This document shows positions 31,478 to 42,800 of a stretch of 64,000 nt of DNA, piece after piece. How positions within the stretch are numbered: position 1 is the first letter of the stretch; every line of letters begins with the position of its first letter. The notes under the pieces were generated by a model. The model saw only the letters and a list, made by a program, of their open reading frames with translations. It had not been told where the DNA came from and ran no database searches. The DNA is from an uncultured delta proteobacterium (GTDB lineage: Bacteria > Myxococcota_A > Polyangia > Fen-1088), in assembly GCA_963737265.1 (NCBI GenBank), contig CAVTRY010000014.1, positions 288,001 to 352,000 of the forward strand. The letters run 5' to 3'. The translations under genes and the position numbers were made by a program.

Positions 31478-31928
31478 TAGCGACGACAGGCGCGCAGCCT
31501 CGACGTCGCCCTTCTTCACCAGCCACTTGACGACGGACGCCGCACGCTTGTCGCTGAGCTTTAGGTTGTACCTCTTGCCGCCGCGGTTGTCGGTGTGACC
31601 CTGGACCTCGATCTTGCGAATTTCCGGGTGTTCGGACATCACCACGGCCACCTCGAACAACAGCTCGTCGCTCGCCTTGAGGATGACCGCGCTGCCGGTC
31701 TTGAAGCGCACCTGTTCGAGAATGACGATTTCCTGCTCCGTCACGCGCACCGAGGTTGGGCAGCCGCTTTTCTGCGGATCGGGATCGGCCTTGCCTTTCT
31801 CGTTCGGGCACGCATCCACATCGTCGCGGATGCCGTCGCCGTCGCTATCGGGCGGGCAGCCGTTGAGAATCGGGTCGTCGCTGTGCACGCCTGTGAGGTC
31901 CGGACAGGCGTCGTCTTTGTCGTCGTAA
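31478..31928 (-). pseudogene. Internal fragment of an OmpA protein with TSP3-like repeats
   Basis: DSDGDGIRDDVDACP, VRFKTGSA, GHTDNRG..N.KLSDKRA; lacks both termini. Confidence 0.75.
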
Positions 31929-31972
31929 AACAGCGGCGGCGAATTGCGCCCTACCTGTGGTACAGAGACAAG

Positions 31973-32935
31973 GTGAGCGGAGACAGCAAGCAGCCGGGCG
32001 ACCAAATCATGCGCAGCCTGATCGAAGACGGTCGGGCGCGTCTGGTGGTTGTTACCGCCACCCAGGCCGTGCGGGAAATGGCTCTTCGCCATCACACCAT
32101 GACAGGGATCCCGGCGGTGGCGTTGGGGCGAGCCGCGCTGTGCGGACTGCTCCTGGCGACCCTCACCAAGGACGAAGAACAGGTCACGCTGCAAGTGCTG
32201 GGCAATGGTCCGCTCGGCGGTGTGACGGTCGACGCGCGCTCGTCCGGCCGCGTGCGCGGTTTCGTGAAGCGGCCGCTCGCCGTCGCGTGGGACGCGAAGA
32301 TAGCGGCGATTTCGGCGGCGACCCCACGCATTGCCCTCGGCGATGCCATCGGCAAGCAGGGCATCGTGGGCGTCACCCGCGACCTCGGTCTGGCGCAAAA
32401 CTACAGCGGCCAAGTCACGCTCAGCAGCGGCGAGATCGACGAGGAAGTGGAGCAGTACCTAAACACCAGCGAGCAGATCGACAGCGTGCTCCACTGCGAC
32501 ACCCTGGTGAACGGCGCGGGCGAGGTCACGGCCGCCGCCGGCCTGCTCGTGCAAACCCTGCCGCAAGCCCGTGGCGCGGCGGTGGTGGAATTTCTGCGCG
32601 ATGTCCTGCGCGGCCCCGCCTTCGCGGTTGTCCTCAAGAACGCCTTGGCCGAAGGCAAGCTCGATCCGTCGTCCATCGCGCGAGCGGCGCTGGGCGAGTG
32701 CGCGGGTGGCATGCGCGTCCTCGACGAGCGCCCGGTCAGCTTCTTCTGCCCGTGCTCGCGCGAACGTGCCGCATCGACCCTGGGCATGCTCAGCCAGGAG
32801 GATCTGAAAGAGATGATCCTCGAAACCAACGAGGCGGAAGTGACGTGCGATTTTTGCGGCCGTCAGTACCGTTTCACCGAGGTCGAGCTGGAAGTCATTC
32901 GCCGCAAGCGCGAGAAGATCCGACCGGAGAGCTGA
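31973..32935 (+). CDS. hslO: Hsp33 redox-regulated chaperone
   Basis: GNGPLGG..DA..G.VRGFV, YLNTSEQ, CPCSRER and CDFC zinc motif. Confidence 0.93.
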   Translation: MSGDSKQPGDQIMRSLIEDGRARLVVVTATQAVREMALRHHTMTGIPAVALGRAALCGLLLATLTKDEEQVTLQVLGNGPLGGVTVDARSSGRVRGFVKRPLAVAWDAKIAAISAATPRIALGDAIGKQGIVGVTRDLGLAQNYSGQVTLSSGEIDEEVEQYLNTSEQIDSVLHCDTLVNGAGEVTAAAGLLVQTLPQARGAAVVEFLRDVLRGPAFAVVLKNALAEGKLDPSSIARAALGECAGGMRVLDERPVSFFCPCSRERAASTLGMLSQEDLKEMILETNEAEVTCDFCGRQYRFTEVELEVIRRKREKIRPES

Positions 32936-33017
32936 ACGTTTCCAGCAATCGTTCGGGTCCGCGATTGATAGAAAGGTCTTGAGTAAGCTTGGCCGGCGCG
33001 ATAGTAGATTCCAGCCC

Positions 33018-33230
33018 GTGACCGGTAATTTCTTGCTTGCCTCGATGTTGGTCAGCTCGATCGGGCTCGGGCTATTCGTGTACGGCAAGAAGCAGAAGCG
33101 AGCCCCGCACTTGGCGGTGGGCATCTTGCTCATGGCCTACACCTATTTCGTGCCCAACATCCCGCTCATGTTCGCGATCGCGGGCGTTCTTCTCGGCTTG
33201 CTGTACCTGGCGTCGTATCTCGGGCTGTGA
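33018..33230 (+). CDS. Small membrane protein
   Basis: SIGLGLFVYGKKQ..LMAYTYFV; 2-3 TM segments. Confidence 0.7.
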   Translation: MTGNFLLASMLVSSIGLGLFVYGKKQKRAPHLAVGILLMAYTYFVPNIPLMFAIAGVLLGLLYLASYLGL

Positions 33231-33237
33231 GCTAGAT

Positions 33238-34209
33238 CTAGAGCGAGCCGACGATAGCGCGCAGATCCGAGGCGTAGCGACCGCCTGGCGCTAGCTCCAA
33301 ATAGCGCTTGTAGGCTTCCTTGGCGGCTTTTCCATGGCCGGCATTTTGTTCGGCCCCGCCGATAAAGACATAGGCCTCCGCGGCGTTCGGATCGGCGGCG
33401 ATGGCTTTCTTGCCCCACACGAAGGCTTGCGCACTTCGTCCACGGTCGAATTCGGTCTTCGCCAACGCGACCGCGACGTCCGCGGCGCTGGGATCGGCGG
33501 CAAACGCATCCGTGCAGGCGGCAAGAATCTGCCTGCCCCGCTTGGCCCTGATCGCCTTGTTGCAGCGGTCGCGCACCACGGTGGCGGTGTCGACGGCAGC
33601 GCCCGCGGCCGGAGCAGTCGCAGCGAGGGTCGGCTCAACTTCTTTGGGCTTGGCTTCGGCGGGCTTCTCCTCGGTAGGCGCCGCTTGCGTGGGCCTCGCT
33701 TCCGCGGGTGTTGGTTGCGCGAGCTTTTCCGCTGCCGGTTCGGTCGCGGCGGCGCCGAGCGCTGGCGACGGGGCGGGCACCGGAACGGGCGCAGGCTCGG
33801 CTTGCGCCGCCACCGGAGCCGGAATGGCCGGCGTTGGTTCGGCTGGCATCGCAATGGGCGCGGCGACGGGCGGCGCGGGCGCGACCTGGGCCTCGACGGC
33901 GACGGCCGGCGGCGCCGTCGGTGCTGCTGCCCGTCCGCTGCCCCGCCACAGAACGATGGAGCCAAGAATGGCGATGCAGGCGCTGCCCGTCACCACGCTC
34001 ATCATGAATCGGCGCGAAGGCGCGAATCGCCAGTGTTTCGCGCCGTCATCGAGATCGTCGAACTTCTCTAGCTCGCCGGCGCGGGCCGAATCGTCGTCGC
34101 CCGCCTGGAAAAACTGTGTCTCGAACGTGTCGAAATGCCGGTTCGGGCCGCTCTGGCTGGAGCTGGAGGCGTCTGGCGCGGGAGGGCCGTGATTGGTATT
34201 GCAGCTCAT
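33238..34209 (-). CDS. Single-TM protein with Pro/Ala linker and C-terminal TPR
   Basis: TM segment, PA-rich linker, AYKRYLELAPGG. Confidence 0.75.
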   Translation of the reverse strand: MSCNTNHGPPAPDASSSSQSGPNRHFDTFETQFFQAGDDDSARAGELEKFDDLDDGAKHWRFAPSRRFMMSVVTGSACIAILGSIVLWRGSGRAAAPTAPPAVAVEAQVAPAPPVAAPIAMPAEPTPAIPAPVAAQAEPAPVPVPAPSPALGAAATEPAAEKLAQPTPAEARPTQAAPTEEKPAEAKPKEVEPTLAATAPAAGAAVDTATVVRDRCNKAIRAKRGRQILAACTDAFAADPSAADVAVALAKTEFDRGRSAQAFVWGKKAIAADPNAAEAYVFIGGAEQNAGHGKAAKEAYKRYLELAPGGRYASDLRAIVGSL

Positions 34210-34349
34210 CTGATCCCCTTAACACTGCTTATGCGATAGGAGGGAAGCTTAGGTCTAACTCATCAAAGGAGCGAGCGAGTGTAGGTCGATTTTTGCAGAA
34301 AATCGTGGTTTGGCTGGCCTAGAGTGGGCCCCGGAGTGTCTTCGCGCAC

Positions 34350-35033
34350 ATGACAGCAAAACTCGTCCTCGGCATTGACGAGGCTGGACGCGGACCGGGC
34401 CTTGGCCCGATGGTCCTGGCTGCGGTCGCGCTCGATGAGGCTTCGGCGTCGTTCCTCGCCCAGGCCGGCGTACGCGATTCCAAGTCCTTTGGCTCCAGCG
34501 CCGCCAGCCAGCGAACCCGCGCCCGTCTGGCCGATCTGATTCGCACGCACGCGGCGTGGGTTTCAGAGGAAATCTGCTGGGTCGCGGACGTCGACGCCTA
34601 CGTGGCGCGCGGTGCGCTCAATCAACTTGAACGCGAGCGCGCCCGTCTTTTGATCCTGCGGGCGCCGGCCTGCGCGCGCATCATCGCCGACGGACGGACG
34701 CTGTTCCTGGCACTAACTGCGGAATTCGCGCACCTCGAAGCCCACGACCGAGCCGAATCGATCCATGCAGCCGTCGCGGCGGCCAGCCTATGTGCCAAGG
34801 CGCGCCGGGACGCTCTGTTCGCAGCCATTGCCAGTCGCTATCAGGACGATTTCGGCACGCTGCGTGGCGGGGGCTACGTCAATTCCGCCACGCGGGCCTT
34901 TGTCGCCGAGTATTTCCGCCGCCATGGCATGCTGCCGCCTGAAGCTCGATCAAGCTGGCCGTGGCCCGGCATCTTCGACGCCGCCAAGGACATTTCGACC
35001 ACAACTGCTTTGCCTACGCCGCGAGTGCGCTAG
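34350..35033 (+). CDS. rnhB: Ribonuclease HII
   Basis: GIDEAGRGP, GVRDSK, VAAASLCAKARRD. Confidence 0.88.
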   Translation: MTAKLVLGIDEAGRGPGLGPMVLAAVALDEASASFLAQAGVRDSKSFGSSAASQRTRARLADLIRTHAAWVSEEICWVADVDAYVARGALNQLERERARLLILRAPACARIIADGRTLFLALTAEFAHLEAHDRAESIHAAVAAASLCAKARRDALFAAIASRYQDDFGTLRGGGYVNSATRAFVAEYFRRHGMLPPEARSSWPWPGIFDAAKDISTTTALPTPRVR

Positions 35034-35049
35034 TATACGCCGCCCGACA

Positions 35050-35556
35050 ATGTCCGTCACACATACAGCAGAGCTTTCGCTCGAAACGACACCCGAGGCG
35101 ACCGTCGTCGACGAGGTCCACATGCGCACGGCCTTGGCCGCCGCCCAGACAGCCGCGCAGTCGGGCGAGGTGCCGGTTGGAGCGGTGGTCGTCGTGCGCG
35201 GCGAGGTCGTGGCGATTGCCCACAACCAGCGCGAAACCAACAACGATCCCACGGCCCACGCCGAGATCGTTGCCTTACGCGCGGCCGCGGCAGCGCTCGG
35301 CGGTTGGCGCCTGGTGGATGCGGATATGTACGTAACGATGGAGCCGTGCCCGATGTGCGCGGGCGCCATCGTCAATGCGCGCGTGCGCCGGCTCATCTAT
35401 GGATGCGACGATCCCAAGGCGGGCGCGGTGCGAACGCTGTTTCAGCTGCTCGACGATCAGCGCCTCAACCATCGCGTTGAGGTGGTGTCGGGTGTCCTGC
35501 GCCTGGAGAGCGCCGCGCTTTTGAAGTCGTTCTTTTCGCGCCTGCGCCTACGGTAG
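35050..35556 (+). CDS. tadA: tRNA adenosine(34) deaminase
   Basis: GEVPVGAV, DPTAHAE, EPCPMCAGA, DPKAGA. Confidence 0.95.
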   Translation: MSVTHTAELSLETTPEATVVDEVHMRTALAAAQTAAQSGEVPVGAVVVVRGEVVAIAHNQRETNNDPTAHAEIVALRAAAAALGGWRLVDADMYVTMEPCPMCAGAIVNARVRRLIYGCDDPKAGAVRTLFQLLDDQRLNHRVEVVSGVLRLESAALLKSFFSRLRLR

Positions 35557-36333
35557 TTGCCCGCGCGAAATATCCTGGCCGGCGCGCGGGGCGGTGGTCA
35601 TGGGTTCCCTCTGACCGCGCTGCTCGCGGCTGCGCAGATCGGTGATGGCGCCGGCCAAGGCCGAGGCGACGGCAGCTTGCCCCTCGTCGGACAGGAGATA
35701 CGGACCCTCCTCTTGGTGGTCGAGAAATCCGATTTCGACAAGCACGGCCGGCATGTCCAGCCCCTGCAGCACGTCGAGCGTCGCTCCTTCCTGCTTGATG
35801 CCGCGATCGCGATCCCGACCGAGCGTGTCGGCAAGGCGCCACTCGATGCGCCGGGCGGCCGCCAGGCTCTGCTCGGCCGCGACCCTGACCTTGTGCCCGG
35901 CCCACGCCGCCTCGGCGTCGTCGGGCGCCAGCAGCGCCACGCGGGCGACTTCCTTGTCCACGTCGGCAACCGGCAGCAGGTAGATCTCAAAGCCGCGCTG
36001 GCTTCCCGGACCCTCGGCCGGGCCAGCGGCGTTGGCGTGAATGCTGATGAACAAGCGGGCCGCCGCCCGATTCGCGCAACGCACGCGGGCGCGCACCGGC
36101 AGCAGAGCGTCCGTCGTGCGACACAAAACGACGTTGATGTCCTTCTCCGTCGCCAGAATTTTCTGCACGCGCTTGGCGATAGCCAGAGTCAGGTGTTTTT
36201 CGAAGGTGCCTGTCTTGCGGGTCGGAGCTCCCCGGTTCGAGCCGCCATGTCCTGGATCGATTGCCACCGTGAAGGCGGCGGGCGCGGCTGAAAGCACGAG
36301 CGAGTAGGCGAGTGCCGCGATAGCGATGGCCAT
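35548..36333 (-). CDS. N-acetylmuramoyl-L-alanine amidase (Amidase_3)
   Basis: IDPGHGG, EK, SIHANA, MPAVLVEIGFL. Confidence 0.93.
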   Translation of the reverse strand: MAIAIAALAYSLVLSAAPAAFTVAIDPGHGGSNRGAPTRKTGTFEKHLTLAIAKRVQKILATEKDINVVLCRTTDALLPVRARVRCANRAAARLFISIHANAAGPAEGPGSQRGFEIYLLPVADVDKEVARVALLAPDDAEAAWAGHKVRVAAEQSLAAARRIEWRLADTLGRDRDRGIKQEGATLDVLQGLDMPAVLVEIGFLDHQEEGPYLLSDEGQAAVASALAGAITDLRSREQRGQREPMTTAPRAGQDISRGQLP

Positions 36334-36480
36334 GGTCGGAGATTAGCAGCGGCCGGGATCCGTCTCCAATTCCTCGTCGCGTTCGCGCCGCCACGCCAAC
36401 TGCGCAGCAAACGTGCGCAACGAAACTGCGCAACAATCGACGCTCAAGATCTTCGCGAAAACCGGCGATCTCGTTCCGGA

Positions 36481-37764
36481 ATGAAGCTCGCGCGTTTTTC
36501 GGCTGTTTTCCTTGCCGCTCTCGCCGCGCAGGCGCTGCCAGGCGCCGCCCGCGGCGATGTCGCGCAGACGCTGCGAAGAACTGTGGTGAACGTCGAAGTG
36601 CCGGTCGCGATCCCGGCCAGCGAACCCCTGCGCGACCGCTTTGGCTTGGGAACCATGCCCTCGGTTTCCGCGACTTTGCCGATGGCTCCATGGGCACTCT
36701 TCGGCGTGCGCTTGCGCTGCGGCTTTCTGTGGAATGGACCGCCGCCGACGGATCCCGCCATCAAGGATCCGGGGTTCGGCGGCTTGACTGTTCTCTCGGC
36801 AGTGGGTCGCTTTCGCCCTCTCGGCCAGCGCGACGGTGCTTCGCGTGCGGTGGGTCCCTGGATCGAGCTCGGCGCGGGGCCGGGTCTGACGGGCCATCTT
36901 GTGCGAGCGGTGGGCGAGGCCGCAGTGGGCTGGAATTTCCGCTGGGCAGGATGGCTCCTAGGCCCCTCCGCGCGCTACCTGCGCGTGGTGCAGCCGTCGG
37001 ACGGACTCGATAGCTCGGACGGGCAGTTGGCCTTGCTGGGCTTGGAGGTCACCCTCCACGACGCGCCCTTTTCAGGACCAGCGGTACCTTCGGCGCCCAT
37101 CGCCGCCCTGCCAGTAAAGGTCGGCGATCGCGACGGCGACGGCATTCCCGACGATGTCGACAAGTGCCCTGACGAGCCTGAGGACAAGGACGGCTTCGAA
37201 GACGAGGATGGCTGCCCGGATCCAGACAACGACAAAGATGGCATTCCCGATGTGTCGGACGCTTGTCCGAACGAGCCCGAGACGGTCAACGGATTTCAAG
37301 ACGAGGACGGCTGCCCGGACGAGGCACCCATCGTGGTCAAGGAAGGCCGCATTCGGCTCACCGAACACTTGCTTTTCGACACCAATCGGGCGCGCGTGCG
37401 CGCGACCGGCCGGCCGGCGCTCGATGCCGTCCTCAATCTATGGAAGCAGCATCCGGAATGGGATCATCTGATCGTCGCGGGCCATGCCGATCGCCGTGGC
37501 CCGGATCCGTTCAACGACTGGCTCAGCCGCGTGCGCGCCGAACGCGTCCGCAACGTCCTCATCGACATGGGCTTCCCCGAGGACAAGCTGTGGATCGCGG
37601 CCTACGGTCGCAAGCAACCGCGCGTGGAAGGTACCGATGAGCAAGCGGACCAAGAGAACCGCCGGGTCGAATTCATCATCGTGAAAAAGGGCGAAGCGCC
37701 GGCCGATGCGGCGGGCGCCACGCAACCGCCCGAGCGCGCCCATGCCGGAGGGCTGGAACCATGA
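36481..37764 (+). CDS. OmpA-family protein: beta-barrel-like region, TSP3-like Asp repeats, OmpA C-terminal domain
   Basis: Signal peptide; DRDGDGIPDDVDKCP..EDKDGFEDEDGCPD; GHAD, NRRVEF. Confidence 0.9.
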   Translation: MKLARFSAVFLAALAAQALPGAARGDVAQTLRRTVVNVEVPVAIPASEPLRDRFGLGTMPSVSATLPMAPWALFGVRLRCGFLWNGPPPTDPAIKDPGFGGLTVLSAVGRFRPLGQRDGASRAVGPWIELGAGPGLTGHLVRAVGEAAVGWNFRWAGWLLGPSARYLRVVQPSDGLDSSDGQLALLGLEVTLHDAPFSGPAVPSAPIAALPVKVGDRDGDGIPDDVDKCPDEPEDKDGFEDEDGCPDPDNDKDGIPDVSDACPNEPETVNGFQDEDGCPDEAPIVVKEGRIRLTEHLLFDTNRARVRATGRPALDAVLNLWKQHPEWDHLIVAGHADRRGPDPFNDWLSRVRAERVRNVLIDMGFPEDKLWIAAYGRKQPRVEGTDEQADQENRRVEFIIVKKGEAPADAAGATQPPERAHAGGLEP

Positions 37765-39282
37765 ACCTGCGAGGCGGCCTGGCTCGGTCAGCCCTGCTGA
37801 CCCTCCTGACCTTGCCCGCGTGTCTCAGTCCCATCGTCGGAACGCAATGCGCGGCCGGGTATTCGCCGTGCAACGGATCCTGCGTAGCAACGGGATCCTG
37901 TACCGCCGCGGATGCCGCTGACAGTGAGGCCAGCGAAGAAGCCCCCGACGTCGATGCCAGAGCCGTCGACGCTGGCGAGGCGCCGGATGCAGCGTCTCTC
38001 GACATCACGGTGGGCGTCGACATCTCGATGGATAGCGAAATGCGCGGGGACGATACTGCGCAAGCCAACCTGGCAAAAGCCGACGCGCAAGCGACGAACG
38101 ATGCGCCCGTGCAGAACGACGACGAGGCCGTTCCCATCGTTGTCGTCGACCTCGCCGAAGCGGGAGCGGACGACGTGCCGTTGCAAAGCGACGCCGAATA
38201 CGCCGCGCTTTTGCCCGACGACGCGGCAGCGGGCGACGATAGCGCGGGCAGCGATGCGAGCGACGGCGGGTCGGCCTGCTGCCTGGATGCCGAGGATGCG
38301 ACCCCAGGTGGCGCGACGGACAGCGCGGAAGCCGACGCGCAGGCCAATGCCGGACCCATCGAGCTCGAACGCAGCGCCATTGGCCGTCGACGGCCCGCTC
38401 GTGTGCTCTGGCCAGCAAGCCATCTGTAACAATCAGTGCGTCGATCTCACATCCGACCCTGAAAACTGCGGCGACTGCAACATCCTGTGCTCCTCGGGCG
38501 TATGCACCGGCAGCACCTGCTTGGTGTGTGCGGCCGAGGAAACCGTGTGTGGACAGCAATGCGCCAACACCGCGACCGATCCGGACAACTGTGGCGACTG
38601 TTCCATCCCCTGCTCCAGCGGCCTGTGCAGCAACGGGCAATGCGAGACGAGCGGCACTGGCCGTGTCATCGCGATTGGCCACGACTATCTGAACAACCGG
38701 CCAGCCATGAATCGCATTCTCGGCAATGCAGTGTTCCTGTGGCCCACCAATCCCGTACGCCTGGTGGTGTACGAGGGATCGGCCAACCCCGCCGCTATTG
38801 CAGGCGCAGACGGTGCCATCAATCAGGTGGCCACCGCCACCGGCCGCCTCGCCCAGCGCACGGCCGTCTCCGCTGCCGACGTCGCAGCACAGCTCGCCAC
38901 CGCCGACGTGTTTCTGATCTACGGGCAAGAACAAGCCAGCGATGCCACCCTCAATCAATTGGGGATCGAGTGGTCGGCGGCCCTCAACACCTTCGTCCAA
39001 GCCGGCGGCACCGTGGTCTTCTTGGATGGCGTTTACGCCGCAAACGCAGGCACCAGCCAAATCCTGGTGCAGGCAAGTCTGTTCCAAATCGCCCACCATG
39101 CCTCCGCGACGGGCGACGTGTGCACCGTGGCGGCTCGCGGTGATGCCTTGGCGACCGGACTGCCCAAGACGTACTTGTGCGAAAAGAACAGCGTCAGCTT
39201 CACCGTCACGGACACCGCAACGACGATCACGAGCGTGGTTGAGGACTCCGGACAGACCGTTGTCGCACACAAGATCTTCTAG
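37761..39282 (+). CDS. Cys-rich lipoprotein with acidic linker (frameshift near 38370)
   Basis: Lipobox LPAC; D/A-rich linker; CVDLTSDPENCGDC repeats; C-terminal IGHDY domain; ATGA overlap with the ompA gene. Confidence 0.75.
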
Positions 39283-39575
39283 TTTCGCCTGTCAGAAGAG
39301 CGGCCATGTTTCGGCCGCCGAGGCGCCCGGCCGGCGAGGCGCGACGAAGGCGCATACTGGACGTATGTAACCGAGAAAGCGCCGCGCCGAATTCGCCCGA
39401 TAGTGCGGGCTTCGCCCGCAATCCAAGACGCCAGGCTTCCCGGTCGCGAGCGCCAATCTGCTTCTCCATGGCCCGAAGGAGCAGGGCGCCACAGTCAGAA
39501 AATGGACGTGGTCCCTCGTCGACCCACGGGCAGAATCTTCACGACCGCCGAACCAATCGCCGCTCCACGCGAAGA

Positions 39576-39750
39576 TCTCAAGACGTGTCCATAAATGGAC
39601 CCGTCTTGACGATTGTTGAGGGGAGGGCCGCGGCCCAGGCCGCAGCCCTCCCCTCGTCCGCGAAGCAAATGCGCGGACTTCACCCCACCCGCGGCCGAGC
39701 CCTTGGCTCGGCTGCTGAAGACCTTGTCCAATTTTTGGACAGTTCTTCAG
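39576..39750. repeat. Dispersed multi-hairpin element, copy 2 (inverted)
   Basis: Reverse complement aligns with 11062-11223. Confidence 0.85.
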
Positions 39751-39841
39751 AGTTGGTGAAACAGGGATGACGGCGGTACCTGTCGCCCGACCAAGTCGTC
39801 AGCGTTGCCGAGACTTGATCGGGCGGTGCTAGCTCTCGTCG

Positions 39842-42800
39842 CTAGTAGACCGGTGGCGGCGGCGGCGGGGGCGCGGGCGGCGGCGGCGGCGGTAACAACG
39901 ATGGTGGCGGCGCGGGCGGCGGCGGCGGTGCCACCGCGGGCGGCGGCGCCGTGGGAGGCGCAACCGAGGGCGGCGGTGGCGGTGGCGGCGGCGGCGCGAC
40001 CGAAGGCGGCGGTGGCGCTGGCGGTGGCGGCGCAACGGAGGGCGGCGGCGGTGGCGGTGGCGGCGGCGCAACCACCGGAGGGGGCGGTGCAGCCGGCGGC
40101 GGCACGACCGACGCTGGTGGCGGCGGCGGTGGTGGCGGCGGCACGACTGCGGGCGGCGGCGCAGGCGGAGGAGGCGCGACGGTGGGTGGTGGCGGGGGAG
40201 GGGGTGGCGGGGCCACGGCCGGCGGCGGCGGTGGCGCTGGCGGTGGCGGGACGGCTGGGGGCGGCGGGGGAACCGGCGCTGGGGGCGGCGGGGGCGGTGC
40301 CGCGGGCGGCGGTACGACTGGGATGGGCGGTGGCGGCAGATTCTGATCGCTCACGCACGACGAAAGGTCGAAGATCATGAACTCCAGCGCCTTTTCCTGT
40401 GCGGTCAGCGCGCCGGCGGCACAACAACTGGGAAACGTCGTGTAAGTTCCCGTCGTATTGTCGCCGGGGTCGCTCGCCGTATCGGTGACATGCAGTCCGG
40501 TGTACACGAAACGACCGCACTGATTGGCGGCGGTTGCGCCAATGGGGGTATTGAAGCTGAAATAGTGCGTGTGTTGTGCACTCCCTGTGGGGGCCGATGT
40601 GCTGGTGGGTTCGTAGATCCAGCGTTGCGATGGCGGATTGATTTGATCGACGGCGGTAGACTTCACCTTGCTGGAAATCGTCAGGTGCCCGCTGGTGGTC
40701 GAGGCGCCGACTTTCATCAACCAGTCGGCAAAGGCGATTCCTTTGGGAAAAGAACCGTCGATGAGCGTATCCCGCGGGGCACTGCCGAGCGTACCCGTGT
40801 TGGCGCTCCACGTGGCGACTTCGCCGTACGTCGAGGGATACCCCGTGAACGAGCGCATCCAGCCCCAGTGGTAGTGCTCGGCGAACACTCGGCCCCCCGC
40901 GTTGACGTAGGCCTTCATGCGGCCCACGGCACCGGGATGGGAAATGTAGGTATTGTTGCTGGTCGGATCCGCGGCATTCTGGTTGCCACCGCAATTGAGG
41001 ACGACCATGTCGTACTGATTGAGGTGCGCCTGGCTGTCCCACAAATTGCCGGTGGCGTCGGGATATGTCGTCCCGGTTCCGTCAAAGCCAACGCACTTGC
41101 CGGGATCCGAAGACTCCTTGTACATGCTAACCGAGCCGGAGCCGCCGGGACTAGTAAATTCGGCAGCATCGACCCCCATACGCCTCAGAAGGCACTGCAG
41201 GCGGTCTGCCTCGCCAGCGCTCAGCGCAATCTTCGGCAAGGACACGGTTCCCGCGTCGCCGTCGCTTTGATTTCTGGGCAGGCGAGTCAGGTTGGTGTCC
41301 GCGACGATGTTGTCCTGGCACGCGGTAACGGTGGGAATCTTGACCTCGCGCCGCCATTTTCCGATCTGCATGACCAATGGAATGTTCGAGCCACTCGGTG
41401 CATTGGTCAGAGTGAAGCTACCGTCTGTTCCAGTCAGTGCCGCGGTGATCGGGCTGCCGGACGGCGTTCCGCACTGGTCGCAGGTTGCGCCATGCGTGAT
41501 CGGCGAAAGTGCCGTATTGGGGACATAGACCATGACATTGTAAATGGCATTGAGGCCCGCCGGGTCGTAAACCTTGCCCTTGATCGTGGTAGTTCCTGAG
41601 CTGCAACTGGCGACCTGACAGATAAGGCCGGCGTTGCAAGTGCACACGTTGCCGCTGCAGGTGGTTCCGGTTGGGCATGCGCCGTTGCATGTTATCGAGC
41701 CACCGCATCCGTCGCCCAAGGTGCCGCCACAATACTGGCCGCCGTTCGATGTCGTGCAGGTCAACGGCACGCAACTCGAATCACCCTTGCACAGGCCGTT
41801 GGTGCACACCTTGCCAGTGCCGCAGTCGCTGCTGCACGCAAGTGAATGCCCACAACCATCGCCGACCGTACCGCAAAAGTTGCCCCCCGGATTGGTGCAG
41901 GTCTGGGGTGTGCAGGTCGGTCCGCCCACGCACTGACCATCCTGGCAGCTCCATCCATCCGGGCACGGAGCGGTGCAAGTCAACGTGCCGCCACAGCCAT
42001 CGCCGAGACTGCTGCCGCAATATTGGCCGCCCGCGGGGTTGCACGTATTCTTCGTGCAGGTCGATCCACCCACGCACAAGTGATTGACGCAGGACCAGCC
42101 GGACGGGCAAAGCTCGTTGCAGGAAATCTTGCCTCCGCAACCGTCGCCCAGATCTCCCCCACAGTATTGGCCTCCGGTGGGATTGCAGGTTGCCGGCGTA
42201 CAGCCGCTTGAGGGAATGCATTGGCCGCCGTTGCAAATCTCGTCCGTGGTGCAGGCGCCGCAATCGACGCTGCCGCCGCAGCCGTCGCCGACGACCCCAC
42301 AATACTTTCCCGACCCAGTCTCACAAGAGATTGGCGCGCAGCTCGAATTGCCCATGCACAGATGGTTGTTGCAGACCCAACCGGACGGACAGGGACTGTT
42401 GCAGGTCAGGGCTCCGCCGCAGCCATCGCCCAGATCGCCGCCGCAGTACTGGCCGCCAGGCGGATTGCAGGTGAGGGCCGTGCACGCACCACTCGGAACG
42501 CACTGATGACCGTTACAGGTTTGACCGGCGACGCAGGCACCACAGTCGAGGCTGCCGCCACAACCGTCACCGATGCTGCCGCAGTACTTACCCGCGCCGC
42601 TGCCGCAAACCGCCGTGGCGCAGGTCGGCCCGCCAACGCAAAGATGGTTCTGACAGGGCCAACCGGCTGGACAAGCGTCGTTGCAGCTAATTTTTCCGCC
42701 GCAGCCATCACCGAGATCGCCGCCGCAGTACTGGCCGCCGGGAGGATTGCACGTCAGGGCTGTACACGTTCCGCTTGGAATGCACTGACCAGCGGCGCAG

